This document shows positions 18,967 to 28,210 of a stretch of DNA of 64,000 bases, one piece after another. Below the pieces are notes generated by a model. That model was not told where the DNA came from, made no database searches, and saw only the letters and a program-made list of their open reading frames with translations. This stretch comes from an uncultured Porphyromonas sp. GTDB taxonomy: Bacteria > Bacteroidota > Bacteroidia > Bacteroidales > Porphyromonadaceae. Every line of letters begins with the position of its first letter. Positions within the stretch are counted from its first letter, which is position 1. The stretch spans positions 14,095 through 78,094 of the forward strand of contig NZ_CALHVI010000005.1 of the NCBI RefSeq assembly GCF_938039215.1, read 5' to 3'. The translations under genes were made by a program, and so were the position numbers.

Positions 18967-18987
18967 TTCACCTATTCTTTTGCAATA

Positions 18988-20346
18988 ATGAGACGTATCT
19001 TTCAGCTACTCTGTGTGCTCCTCTTCCTTCCCCTCGCTTTAGCAGCGCAGACCTCCCTCAGTGGAGACTGGGAGGGGAAGCTATCCCTCCCTATGGGGAA
19101 GCTACGACTCATCCTTCACCTTACCGAAGAAGCGGGGCGCTGGTCGGCTTCTCTGGATAGCCCCGACCAAGGTGCTTATGCCCTGCGTGCCGATGAGGTA
19201 GAGGTGCGGGGAGATAGCCTATTCCTCCGACTCAATGCCCTTCATCTTCGCTATACGGCGCTGAGGGACGGGGAGGATCAGCTGGTGGGCACCTTCGAGC
19301 AGGGCGGTATGAGCCTTCCCCTCTCGCTTCGACGGGTGGCGAAGGCCGAGGATACTAAGTCCGCCCCCACTACGTACACTGAGGAGGAACTGACGATCCC
19401 CGTATCGGGCTCTTCCGTCGTCCTATCTGGTTCGCTTGCCCTTCCGAAGGAGGGTAAAGCCCCCTACCCTACGCTCATCCTCATCACGGGCAGTGGTCCT
19501 CAGGATCGGGATGAGACGGTCTTCGGTCATAAGCCCTTCCTAGACATCACACGGAGGCTCACGGAGGCGGGCTTTGCCGTCTTCCGCTACGACGACCGAG
19601 GTGTAGGTAAGAGCACGGGGATCTTCATGGCCTCGCATGTGCAGGACTTCGTACGGGATGCCGAGGCGGCGGTCAAGGCTATGAAGGAGCACAAGGCAGT
19701 GAATCCTCAGCGAATCTTCCTCCTAGGCCACAGCGAAGGGAGCTATATTGCCTCGAAGGTGGCAAGCCAAGACCGCTCGCTTGCTGGTATTGTCTCGCTC
19801 GCTGGTCCAGTCTTTGGTATGGATCGGATCCTAGCTGATCAGATGGATGCCCTTAGCCTGCTGGGAGGAAAGAGTGACGAGGAGCGTGCCACCCTACGCA
19901 AAGGGAACCTTGAGGTCTACGGCCTAATGCAGGACAAGCGCCTTTCGCTTGATGAAGTGAAGGCGAAGGCCTCTAAGGTCGTCGAGCGACTCCTCCCTGT
20001 CATGACTTCGGATACAACGATGTACGCTACGATACGCACGCAGATCATGGGGCAGTTCACGCCCTATCTACGGGAACTTCTTCAGCTGGATATTGAGGGG
20101 ACATGGCGCTCTGTTCGCTGTCCCGTCATCGGGCTCTTCGGGGAGATGGATAAGCAGGTCTTACCCTCCAATGCTACGGAGCTCCTTCGTCTCCAGCCCA
20201 AGGCCAAGGTGAAGGTCTTCCCCAAGCTCAATCACCTCTTCCTCCCCTCGACTACAGGTTCGCCGATGGAGTACCCTACCCTTCCCAAGGGCTTTGATCC
20301 TTCGGCCCTCGACTACTTAGCTACTACCCTACGCTCCCTCCTCTGA
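18988..20346 (+). CDS. Secreted alpha/beta-fold hydrolase
   Basis: Signal peptide; GSGPQDRDE, RYDDRGVG, nucleophile GHSEG, DKQV, LNHLF. Confidence 0.88.
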   Translation: MRRIFQLLCVLLFLPLALAAQTSLSGDWEGKLSLPMGKLRLILHLTEEAGRWSASLDSPDQGAYALRADEVEVRGDSLFLRLNALHLRYTALRDGEDQLVGTFEQGGMSLPLSLRRVAKAEDTKSAPTTYTEEELTIPVSGSSVVLSGSLALPKEGKAPYPTLILITGSGPQDRDETVFGHKPFLDITRRLTEAGFAVFRYDDRGVGKSTGIFMASHVQDFVRDAEAAVKAMKEHKAVNPQRIFLLGHSEGSYIASKVASQDRSLAGIVSLAGPVFGMDRILADQMDALSLLGGKSDEERATLRKGNLEVYGLMQDKRLSLDEVKAKASKVVERLLPVMTSDTTMYATIRTQIMGQFTPYLRELLQLDIEGTWRSVRCPVIGLFGEMDKQVLPSNATELLRLQPKAKVKVFPKLNHLFLPSTTGSPMEYPTLPKGFDPSALDYLATTLRSLL

Positions 20347-20386
20347 GACGAAGGAACCTCCTCCCCTATTCATATACCCCACTAAC

Positions 20387-20465
20387 GACCCATCATGGGT
20401 CGCCAAGGTGACCCATTCATGCCTCCCTCCGGTGACCCATGAATGGGTCTCTTTTTACCCCCATG
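20387..20465. repeat. ~23-bp-period palindrome array, family C
   Basis: GACCCAT at 20387, 20410, 20434; units GACCCAT-C-ATGGGTC and GACCCAT-GA-ATGGGTC. Confidence 0.65.
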
Positions 20466-20518
20466 ATTTTGCTCTCAGTAAGACGAAGTATAATAGTTAG
20501 GAGTAAGTCCTTACAAAC

Positions 20519-20556
20519 AGCAAGCCCCTAATGCTGATCAGCATTAGGGGCTTGCT
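20519..20556. terminator. Perfect 38-bp palindrome between convergent genes (probable bidirectional terminator)
   Basis: AGCAAGCCCCTAATGCTGA|TCAGCATTAGGGGCTTGCT. Confidence 0.75.
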
Positions 20557-20567
20557 CTTAATCTTCT

Positions 20568-20945
20568 TTAGAGGTAACAGAAGGATTGCGGAGGAGTGGT
20601 GTTGGGATACTTATCTGCTAGCCTTTTAGGAGTACGATAGGGATGGAATGCTTTTATCTCGATAGCGTGAGCGTGGGATCTCTCTGAGAAGTATGAGAGG
20701 AAGAAGTCTTCACTAATACCTGACTTTTCTTTGGTACGCTCCCAGAGAGCCTCAGGCGTATCAGTTAATAGTTCGCCTACCTCTATCTCTCCGACGATAC
20801 GACAGACGGGGCTTGAGGCATAGACCACGATACGTTTGATACCTGTTCGCTTGTATAGGACTCTGCGATACTCAAAGCACTTAGCTCCCGAAGCAATCTG
20901 CTCGACGAACTCTGGCTTAATCGATAATAAAACCTTTACTGACAT
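20568..20945 (-). CDS. ASCH (PUA-superfamily) domain protein
   Basis: LLSIKPEF..I.SGAK.FEYRR (GxKxxExR), VVYASSP, PPQSFCY. Confidence 0.85.
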   Translation of the reverse strand: MSVKVLLSIKPEFVEQIASGAKCFEYRRVLYKRTGIKRIVVYASSPVCRIVGEIEVGELLTDTPEALWERTKEKSGISEDFFLSYFSERSHAHAIEIKAFHPYRTPKRLADKYPNTTPPQSFCYL

Positions 20946-21969
20946 TTCCTTTGCTAAGAATATACTTGAATTGTTCGTTTGCTAGAGGAAGGAAGCCCCA
21001 GCGTAGCTGTCCATCCATACCAGCTTCCTCTATTAGGCTTTTTCTAGTGACTCTCTCAGGGAGGGCACAATTATAAAGCATATGGATGATATAGAAGTTC
21101 TGCCTCCCAAAGAAGTGTGTCAATTCCTCCTTAGAGAAGACGCTATAGGGATACACATCCTTGAGGAAGTCCTCACATGAGCGCCAGTGACCTTTTGCAA
21201 CTACACTGGTTACGGTGCAGATGGAAGTTACTACGCTTCTGTAGTGGGTAGGAGCTTGCAGGTCACTCGTTCGATAGATGGCGAGGAGGTCACCTCTCTT
21301 CAAAGTTGTGATCTCTTTATTCCACGAGATGTAGACCTTTCGTATGCTGTTCGTGTGTGAGCAATCTTGAATGAGCTCTTTTGAGCGTGCCTGCTCGTTG
21401 TTCAATATAGAATCTGGGAATAGTCTCGTATGATACTCAGGCATCACTGAAAGTAAGAATGCTCGTCTGTCTAAGCTAAAGCGTGGGTAATCAAGCTTGA
21501 TATCTCCTGTAGAAGAGTTCATCTTCTTGATGAGCACGACTTCATCATTCTTCCGTCCGTACATCTGAAAGCCATAGGTCTGCAGGAGTTGGATAAGCTG
21601 TGTGTGCTTTGGGAAGGTAGTTAGATAGATCTCCTCAAGATTATAGGAAAGGGCTTGGTCAAATATGATTTTCAGAGCACGTTCACCCAGCTTTGTTTGG
21701 TGAGCTTCTATCTTAAGTGTCCCCACTTTGAGTAGACGGCAAGGGTCAATCGGAGGCTCGACATCATTGATGAGCTGATTAATCTCGCTTTTGATGAAGA
21801 TGAAAGCTTGTAGTCCTTGGTCTCCATATAGGACGAAAGCTTGTCTGCCCTCGTCAGTTTTGCGCCTATACCAAGCATCAAAACCATCATAGTCCTGACG
21901 TAGGCTATCAAAGAAATGATCTCCTAGATCAATTTCCTTTAAAAGCTTGTATTGAAATAGTGTCTTCAT
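20917..21969 (-). CDS. GNAT-family N-acetyltransferase fused to a PUA-like domain
   Basis: FFDSLRQDYDGFDAWY, LKVGTLKI..HQTKLGER, QLLQTYGF (GNAT); PEYHTRLFPD, IRKVYIS, LKRGDLLAIYRT (PUA-like); overlaps the ASCH gene by 29 bp. Confidence 0.75.
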   Translation of the reverse strand: MKTLFQYKLLKEIDLGDHFFDSLRQDYDGFDAWYRRKTDEGRQAFVLYGDQGLQAFIFIKSEINQLINDVEPPIDPCRLLKVGTLKIEAHQTKLGERALKIIFDQALSYNLEEIYLTTFPKHTQLIQLLQTYGFQMYGRKNDEVVLIKKMNSSTGDIKLDYPRFSLDRRAFLLSVMPEYHTRLFPDSILNNEQARSKELIQDCSHTNSIRKVYISWNKEITTLKRGDLLAIYRTSDLQAPTHYRSVVTSICTVTSVVAKGHWRSCEDFLKDVYPYSVFSKEELTHFFGRQNFYIIHMLYNCALPERVTRKSLIEEAGMDGQLRWGFLPLANEQFKYILSKGNVSKGFIID

Positions 21970-22186
21970 TCGTGCCGTTTACTACTCAACAAGGCTACTA
22001 AATTTAGTTCATCAGTCGAATAAATTAGCCTCTTATTCAGGAATGTAGTTACCTCCCTACTCCAGTCTACAGAGGAGTATGTCTCTAGCAAAGAAGGCGT
22101 ATAGATAGGAGGGCAACCGCTAGCACTTCTGCGGTCGCCCTTAAGGGGATATTGGTAGTGATCCTGCTGGGACTTGAGGATGGGGG

Positions 22187-24286
22187 TTAGGAGATCTGGC
22201 TCCAGTTCGGGCGCTCGTAGTAGATCTCTTGGAGGCGATGCCTTAGGAGGGAGTTCTTGGGAAGGCTCAGTTCGGGGTCTTCAGTGAGGATGCTCTCGGC
22301 GAGCTCTCGGGTGTACTGGACCATCGCTCCATCAAGGGCGGGATTGGCAATGCGTAGACTGAGCTGCTGGCCACTCTGACGGGTACCATCGATCTCCCCA
22401 AATCCCCGGAGACGCATATCCTCCTCGGCGATCTCAAAGCCATCATTTGTCTCGACCATGATGGCGATACGTCGCTTGGCCTCTTCGCCAAGCTCATTGC
22501 CCGTGACTAGGATACAATAGCTCTGGCTAGCACCACGACCTACACGGCCACGGAGCTGATGGAGCTGAGAGAGTCCGAAGCGATTAGCCCCTTCGATGAC
22601 CATGACGGAGGCATTGGGCACATTGACACCTACTTCGATGACCGTCGTAGCTAGTAGCAGTTGAGCTTCACCCGAACTGAAGCTTCGCATCGCCTCATCC
22701 TTCTCCTCGGGCTTCATCTTGCCATGCACATGGACGATCTTCAGCTCTGGGAAGTGCTCCGTGTACCTGCGTACCCCTTCTTCTAGAGCTCGCATAGAGG
22801 CTTCTTCGCTCTCTTCGATCATCGGGAAGACGACATAGGCTTGCCTCCCTTCGGCGATCTGCGCTCCGAGGAACTGATAGACCTCATACATGTGGCTCTC
22901 GCTCTGGTGGTAGGTCTCGATGGGCTTGCGACCTGGTGGCAGTTCGTCGATCACTGAGATATCTAGATCCCCATAGAGGGTCATCGCCAGCGTGCGGGGA
23001 ATGGGCGTAGCGCTCATGATGAGGATATGTGGGTGGTAGCTCTCACCCTTCTGCCACAGCCCCGAGCGCTGGACGACCCCGAAGCGATGCTGCTCATCGA
23101 TGACAGCAAGACCTAGGTGGTGGAACTGTACGATGGGCTCCAGCAGAGCATGCGTTCCGACGATGAGGCGAAGGCTCCCTTCGCTCAGCCCCTCGAGGAG
23201 TACCCGTCGCTCCCGCTTCTTTGTACTGCCGATGAGGAGGCCTACTTCGATGCCTAGCGGCTCTAGATATTCCCTTAGTGATGCATAGTGCTGGCGTGCG
23301 AGGATCTCGGTAGGAGCCATCATGCAGGCTTGGTAGCCATTATCTAGGGCAAGGAGCATGGAGAAGAGTGCTACGAGGGTCTTACCGCTACCTACATCCC
23401 CCTGAATAAGGCGATTCATCTGTTTGCCTCCGACGAGATCACTCTGGATCTCTCGGATGACTCGCTTCTGTGCGCCCGTCAGATCAAAGGGAAGGCTTGC
23501 ATAGAGCCCCTTCACTCCTTCGCCCACCCGAGGGAAGGGAAGGCCAGGAACTAAGGTCTTACGCTCCCGCTTCATACTCAGTAGGCGGAGCTGGATGAAG
23601 AAGAGTTCGTCGAACTTCAGTCGCCTACGTGCTGCCTCCAGCCCCTCCTTGCTCTGGGGGAAGTGGATCTGATCAATCGCCTCGGCATAGGACATCAGTC
23701 GAGCTCGCTGGATCACCTCTTCGGGGAGCGTCTCCTTGATATGGGGTAGGCAGGCTTCCTTGAGGATGTAGAGGAGCTGGCGCATCTGACGGCTGGCGAT
23801 ACCAGCACGACGGAGCTTCTCTGTGAGAGGATAGACGGGCATGAGCCCTCCACTGACTTGCTCCGCCTTCGACTCATCATCGATCTCGGGATGGGTGATG
23901 CTGTAGGCACCGTTGAAGTAGACGGGCTTGCCGAAGATGATGTACATACGCCCCTCAGCATAGAGATGCCTAATGGCCGAGAGGGAGCGGAACCATACCA
24001 GCTCGATCGTCCCCGTACCGTCGGAGAAGTAACCCACGAGGCGCTTCTTTCGCCCTTCACCTACCTCCTTGAAGTCACGGATATAGCCTTGTAGCTGGAC
24101 ATAGGGCATCTCCCCCCGTAGCTCACGTATGGTATAGACACGGGAGCGATCTACGTACTTCGTCGGGAAGTAGTGCAGCAGGTCCAGATAGGTATATAGG
24201 TCGAGCTCTTCGGCGAGCACCTTAGCTCGTCGAGGACCGACACTGGGTAGGAAGGTAAGCGGGGTATGGAAGAAGTCCTGAGGCAT
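22187..24286 (-). CDS. recG: ATP-dependent DNA helicase RecG
   Basis: QGDVGSGKT, DEQHRFG, SATPIPRTL, QLRGRVGRG. Confidence 0.97.
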   Translation of the reverse strand: MPQDFFHTPLTFLPSVGPRRAKVLAEELDLYTYLDLLHYFPTKYVDRSRVYTIRELRGEMPYVQLQGYIRDFKEVGEGRKKRLVGYFSDGTGTIELVWFRSLSAIRHLYAEGRMYIIFGKPVYFNGAYSITHPEIDDESKAEQVSGGLMPVYPLTEKLRRAGIASRQMRQLLYILKEACLPHIKETLPEEVIQRARLMSYAEAIDQIHFPQSKEGLEAARRRLKFDELFFIQLRLLSMKRERKTLVPGLPFPRVGEGVKGLYASLPFDLTGAQKRVIREIQSDLVGGKQMNRLIQGDVGSGKTLVALFSMLLALDNGYQACMMAPTEILARQHYASLREYLEPLGIEVGLLIGSTKKRERRVLLEGLSEGSLRLIVGTHALLEPIVQFHHLGLAVIDEQHRFGVVQRSGLWQKGESYHPHILIMSATPIPRTLAMTLYGDLDISVIDELPPGRKPIETYHQSESHMYEVYQFLGAQIAEGRQAYVVFPMIEESEEASMRALEEGVRRYTEHFPELKIVHVHGKMKPEEKDEAMRSFSSGEAQLLLATTVIEVGVNVPNASVMVIEGANRFGLSQLHQLRGRVGRGASQSYCILVTGNELGEEAKRRIAIMVETNDGFEIAEEDMRLRGFGEIDGTRQSGQQLSLRIANPALDGAMVQYTRELAESILTEDPELSLPKNSLLRHRLQEIYYERPNWSQIS

Positions 24287-24318
24287 CGATAGAGTAGGGA
24301 GCTTCCTAGTGAAGAAGG

Positions 24319-24993
24319 CTACTTCTCACGAAGGAGTAGTTCGGCTAGGAGCAGATCACGAGGGGTCGTGAGCTTGATGTTTGTCTCCTCGCCATCAATG
24401 AGGGTGATGGAGCCAAGTGAGGCAGCTTCGTAGACCGAAGCATCGTCCGTGAAGAGGGGAGAGTAATCCTGCTGGTAAGCTTGCTGTAGTCGCCCAAGGT
24501 CGAAGGTCTGTGGGGTCTGTACTGCCACATAGCGGGAGCGATCGACAGCTTCGCTCTTCCCCTCATCTTGGCGAAGTCTTAGGCTATCTGTTACGGGGCA
24601 GGCGGGTAGGGCAGCACCACTTCGCTCAGCCTCTTCGAAGGAGCGACGGATGAGTGCACTACTGACTAAGGGACGTACCCCATCATGTACGGCTACTAGC
24701 CCCTCCTGTGGCAGGTGGCTAAGCCCCGAGCGTACGGAGTGGAAGCGAGTTTCTCCCCCGAGGGCTACGGTGTGGGATAGGGTGAAGTGATATTGCTCGC
24801 AGAGCTCTTGCCAGAAGGGGATATGATCCTCGGGCAGTACCAAGATGATACGACTGACCTCCCCCTCGAAGAGCTCTAGGGTGCGCATGAGGACGGGCTT
24901 CCCGCTGAGGGAAAGGAATTGCTTCGGCAGCTCCCCACCCATGCGCAGGCCTCGACCTCCAGCGACGATGATGGCGTAGCGCTCTTTATTCAT
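24319..24993 (-). CDS. ispD: 2-C-methyl-D-erythritol 4-phosphate cytidylyltransferase
   Basis: AGGRGLRMG..PKQF, VHDGVRP, VQTPQTF, TDDAS, NIKLTTP. Confidence 0.95.
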   Translation of the reverse strand: MNKERYAIIVAGGRGLRMGGELPKQFLSLSGKPVLMRTLELFEGEVSRIILVLPEDHIPFWQELCEQYHFTLSHTVALGGETRFHSVRSGLSHLPQEGLVAVHDGVRPLVSSALIRRSFEEAERSGAALPACPVTDSLRLRQDEGKSEAVDRSRYVAVQTPQTFDLGRLQQAYQQDYSPLFTDDASVYEAASLGSITLIDGEETNIKLTTPRDLLLAELLLREK

Positions 24994-25213
24994 TCGTTCC
25001 TTCCTCAGGCTCTTCGCTGAGCTGTGCCATGAGCTTAGAGAGTTGCTTATCAGCTTTGGTGAGCTTCTCTCGGCAGAACTTCGTGAGCTGTACCGCCTCC
25101 TCTACGAGGCCTGTAAGTTCATCGACATCGGGGCTCTCCTGCTCAATGCGTCGGACGATCGCATCAAGGCGCTGAGAAGCCTCTTGGTATGTATAGTTTG
25201 GATTTTGCTTCAT
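24986..25213 (-). CDS. xseB: Exodeoxyribonuclease VII small subunit
   Basis: TYQEASQRLDAIVRRIE...VEEAVQLTKFCREKL pattern; 75 aa. Confidence 0.88.
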   Translation of the reverse strand: MKQNPNYTYQEASQRLDAIVRRIEQESPDVDELTGLVEEAVQLTKFCREKLTKADKQLSKLMAQLSEEPEEGTNE

Positions 25214-25246
25214 CTCGTCTATATATTCGATTGGATCTCTTGCTCA

Positions 25247-25254
25247 CAAAGTTA
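25247..25254 (-). promoter_or_regulatory. -7 promoter box for xseB-ispD-recG
   Basis: CAAAGTTA on + is TAACTTTG on -. Confidence 0.65.
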
Positions 25255-25397
25255 GCTAAAAGCCTCCAGCCCTCTGGAGCAAAGCTGGCTAGCCCCAGCT
25301 CGGGATGAAGCCTATACATCCTGAAATGAGCTAGTATGATCTCCAAATGGAAGAGGCTGGTAGTGTAATCTTATTAGTATTCAATGGGTGAAATAGC

Positions 25398-25405
25398 TAA
25401 CTTTG
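25398..25405 (+). promoter_or_regulatory. -7 promoter box for the TIR cassette
   Basis: TAACTTTG 34 nt before the ATG at 25440. Confidence 0.65.
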
Positions 25406-25439
25406 CCTTACCTAGTCATAAAGTAACATATAAGTCAGT

Positions 25440-26210
25440 ATGCACAGAGGGTTTCAATTAGCGTTGGATACAGAAGCGGGTATCTTCAACGATCGTTTTT
25501 CTATGTACGTAGATAGAGGCTATAATCTCTTTAGTTCGAATCGTACCAGAATGAATCGTGCTATAGATCATTTCCAGATGTCTGATTTCATCTTACAAGA
25601 CGGCTCTGTTGATGGTTCTAGACTACAAGAATACTGGTTTCCTAGAATCAAGGCTGATGTGTTTATATCACACTCTCACCAAGATGAAAAACTTGCTCTA
25701 GCTTTAGCTGGATGGTTGTATGAGACCTTTAGACTGGTTCCCTTTGTTGATTCTTGTGCTTGGGGATACTTCGACAAGCTTTCAGAACAGCTATTAAAAG
25801 GGGCTGTACAAGCTAACGATCCACAGGAACATAAAGCTTTGGAGGATACGATACGTAGCCATGTCCATACAATGCTGAATGGTGCTATCAGGGAAATGAT
25901 AGACGTGACGGAGTGTCTGTTCTTCTTGAATACATCGAATTCCATACATGGTGATGGGAAGACTCAATCTAATTGGATCCAGTCAGAACTCGAGATAGCT
26001 AGGACAATAAGGAGACGACCAAAGGAAGGGAAGCGCCCAGTGTCAGAGCTTGCGGAAAGAAGGAGTCTTGGTTTTATGATCGCATATGAAGCACCTGTGG
26101 CCCATCTTACGAAGATAGACTCAGATAGTTTGATGAAATGGGCTGCACGTTCATTTAAGGTGAGCCCTCCTCACAAGCACTTAGACCGCTTATATGCATT
26201 AAACCCTTAA
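25440..26210 (+). CDS. TIR-domain protein
   Basis: DVFISHSHQD, FVDS.AWG, ECLFFLNTSNS and SNWIQSELEIA (W-x-x-x-E putative catalytic glutamate); AT-rich. Confidence 0.8.
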   Translation: MHRGFQLALDTEAGIFNDRFSMYVDRGYNLFSSNRTRMNRAIDHFQMSDFILQDGSVDGSRLQEYWFPRIKADVFISHSHQDEKLALALAGWLYETFRLVPFVDSCAWGYFDKLSEQLLKGAVQANDPQEHKALEDTIRSHVHTMLNGAIREMIDVTECLFFLNTSNSIHGDGKTQSNWIQSELEIARTIRRRPKEGKRPVSELAERRSLGFMIAYEAPVAHLTKIDSDSLMKWAARSFKVSPPHKHLDRLYALNP

Positions 26211-26216
26211 GTAGAA

Positions 26217-26669
26217 ATGAGTAATAAACTATCTCGCTTAGATAGCCCTGCAGTACAGGGGTATATATCCATGCTCCAGGGGATCCTCAACCGTATGGCA
26301 GGAAATAGTGCAAGCTGTAAGACTTGGACTGTCACCCTTGTTACAGCCATGTTAGTACTATTGGTAGATAAGCAGATTCAGCTCCCTAATCCTCTGCTTT
26401 GTTTAATACCAGTGATATTGCTATACTTATTAGACTGCTATTACTTGGGCTTAGAGCGAATCACCATCGGCGTTCAGAATAAGTTTCTTAAAAGCCTTTC
26501 AAAGGAGACGGAGGAATACATTGACCTTCTGTACAAGGTTGGTGATCTAGGAGATCGATTTGTTCAGCTGTGTAATACTATTAAGGCAATGAACTCTCCT
26601 TCTACCTTGCCTTTTTATCTCCTCGTAGCCTCTATCGTTTTATACTTGAGTTGGGGTATCTCAGCGTAG
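26217..26669 (+). CDS. Small multi-pass membrane protein, putative effector of the TIR gene
   Basis: LQGILNRMAGNSASCKTW, two hydrophobic segments, LDCYYLGLER, C-terminal TM helix; 6 bp after the TIR stop. Confidence 0.7.
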   Translation: MSNKLSRLDSPAVQGYISMLQGILNRMAGNSASCKTWTVTLVTAMLVLLVDKQIQLPNPLLCLIPVILLYLLDCYYLGLERITIGVQNKFLKSLSKETEEYIDLLYKVGDLGDRFVQLCNTIKAMNSPSTLPFYLLVASIVLYLSWGISA

Positions 26670-26705
26670 AATAACGTAGGCCCTTTCTTAAGTATATTAG
26701 CTTCT

Positions 26706-26748
26706 ATCAGAGCCCAAGCGATCTACTCGCTTGGGCTCTGATGTTTTT
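26706..26748 (+). terminator. Intrinsic terminator closing the TIR cassette
   Basis: ATCAGAGCCCAAGCGA / TCGCTTGGGCTCTGAT followed by GTTTTT. Confidence 0.8.
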
Positions 26749-26872
26749 GGGTAAGAGATGAGAGTAGTTACTACTTCATTTGACTGAGTAAGTGTATGGC
26801 TCCCTCACTCTCTGGGGAGCATCCCCTCTCTTTTGTGTACTTTTGTGCCACTCTAATGAGCCCCTTAGAAGC

Positions 26873-28102
26873 ATGAACGAGAAGAAGATCCGACCCCAAG
26901 ATATTCAGATAGCCGACTACGACTATCCCCTGCCAGATGAGCGCATAGCTAAGTACCCCCTTGCCGATAGAAGTAGCTCTAAGCTCCTTCGCTATAGCTC
27001 GGGGGAGATCGAAGAGTTTACCTTTCGTGATCTACCCAGCCTCTTGCCCGAGGGGACGGTGCTGGTGCGCAACAATTCGAAGGTCATCCGTGCACGTCTC
27101 CTCTTCCAGAAGGAGTCAGGTGCTCGTATCGAGATCTTCTGCCTTGACCCAGCAAGTCCTACCTCCTATGAGCTAGCTCTCACAGAGCGTCACGCCTGCT
27201 CATGGCATTGCCTTGTGGGGAATGCTAAGCGCTTCAAGGTCGGCTCCCGTGTAACACGTCTTATCCAGAGCGATGAGCTAGGCGAAGTGCTCCTCACTGC
27301 TGAGCGTACGGGCGAGGCAGAAGTGCGCTTCTCCTGGGATAACGATCGCTATACCTTCGGAGAACTGCTGGAGCTCATGGGCATCCTTCCCATCCCTCCT
27401 TACCTTGGTCGTGAGACGGAGGCGAAGGACCTAGAGACCTATCAGACGGTCTATGCCCAGCATGCTGGTTCGGTAGCTGCTCCTACGGCAGGCTTGCACT
27501 TCACTCCCGAGGTCTTCGAAGAGCTTCGCCAAAGGGGCGTACCTGTACTAGATGTGACACTACACGTAGGGGCGGGGACTTTCCGTCCCGTGAAGGCCGA
27601 GCAGATCGGGGAGCATGAGATGCACGCAGAGCTCATCAGCCTTAGTCGTCAGACCATCGAGGAGCTCCGAAGAAACCTCGGGCATATCATCGCTGTAGGC
27701 ACAACCTCGGTGCGTACGCTGGAGAGCCTCTATCATCTAGGTGTCTACCTCCATCATTATCCCGAGACTCCGATGGCGGAGCTTCATGTGGAGCAGTGGC
27801 AGCCCTATGGTGACGAGCCTAAGGAAGAGCTGACGGCAGATGCAGCGCTCGGTGCACTCCTTAGCTACCTCGAGAGACATGGCGAGGAGACACTGGTCTT
27901 CCCCACGAGCATCATCATCGCACCCAGCTATACCTACCGGATCATCCGAGGGATGGTGACGAACTTCCACCAGCCTCACAGCACGCTCCTTCTGCTCATC
28001 GCGGCACTGATCGGTGAGGACTGGCATCGTGTCTATGACTATGCCCTCACGCATGATTTCCGCTTCCTAAGCTACGGGGATAGTTCGCTCCTGCTCCCCT
28101 AG
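26873..28102 (+). CDS. queA: S-adenosylmethionine:tRNA ribosyltransferase-isomerase
   Basis: DYDYPLP, PIPPYL, YQTVYA, GSVAAPTAGLHF, TNFH, FLSYGD; start placed at MNEKK, after a TACTTTTG box at 26838. Confidence 0.95.
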   Translation: MNEKKIRPQDIQIADYDYPLPDERIAKYPLADRSSSKLLRYSSGEIEEFTFRDLPSLLPEGTVLVRNNSKVIRARLLFQKESGARIEIFCLDPASPTSYELALTERHACSWHCLVGNAKRFKVGSRVTRLIQSDELGEVLLTAERTGEAEVRFSWDNDRYTFGELLELMGILPIPPYLGRETEAKDLETYQTVYAQHAGSVAAPTAGLHFTPEVFEELRQRGVPVLDVTLHVGAGTFRPVKAEQIGEHEMHAELISLSRQTIEELRRNLGHIIAVGTTSVRTLESLYHLGVYLHHYPETPMAELHVEQWQPYGDEPKEELTADAALGALLSYLERHGEETLVFPTSIIIAPSYTYRIIRGMVTNFHQPHSTLLLLIAALIGEDWHRVYDYALTHDFRFLSYGDSSLLLP

Positions 28103-28137
28103 AGAAGAGATACTCGCTGAGGATGCTATATAAGGAA

Positions 28138-28175
28138 AGAAGCCCCCTGAAGCACGTAGCTTCAGGGGGGCTTCT
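28138..28175. terminator. Bidirectional terminator between queA and the SusD gene
   Basis: AGAAGCCCCCTGAAGC / GCTTCAGGGGGGCTTCT flanked by A- and T-rich ends. Confidence 0.75.
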
Positions 28176-28210
28176 CTTTGTCCTAACTACTAGGGATGGG
28201 AGAAGAGCGA

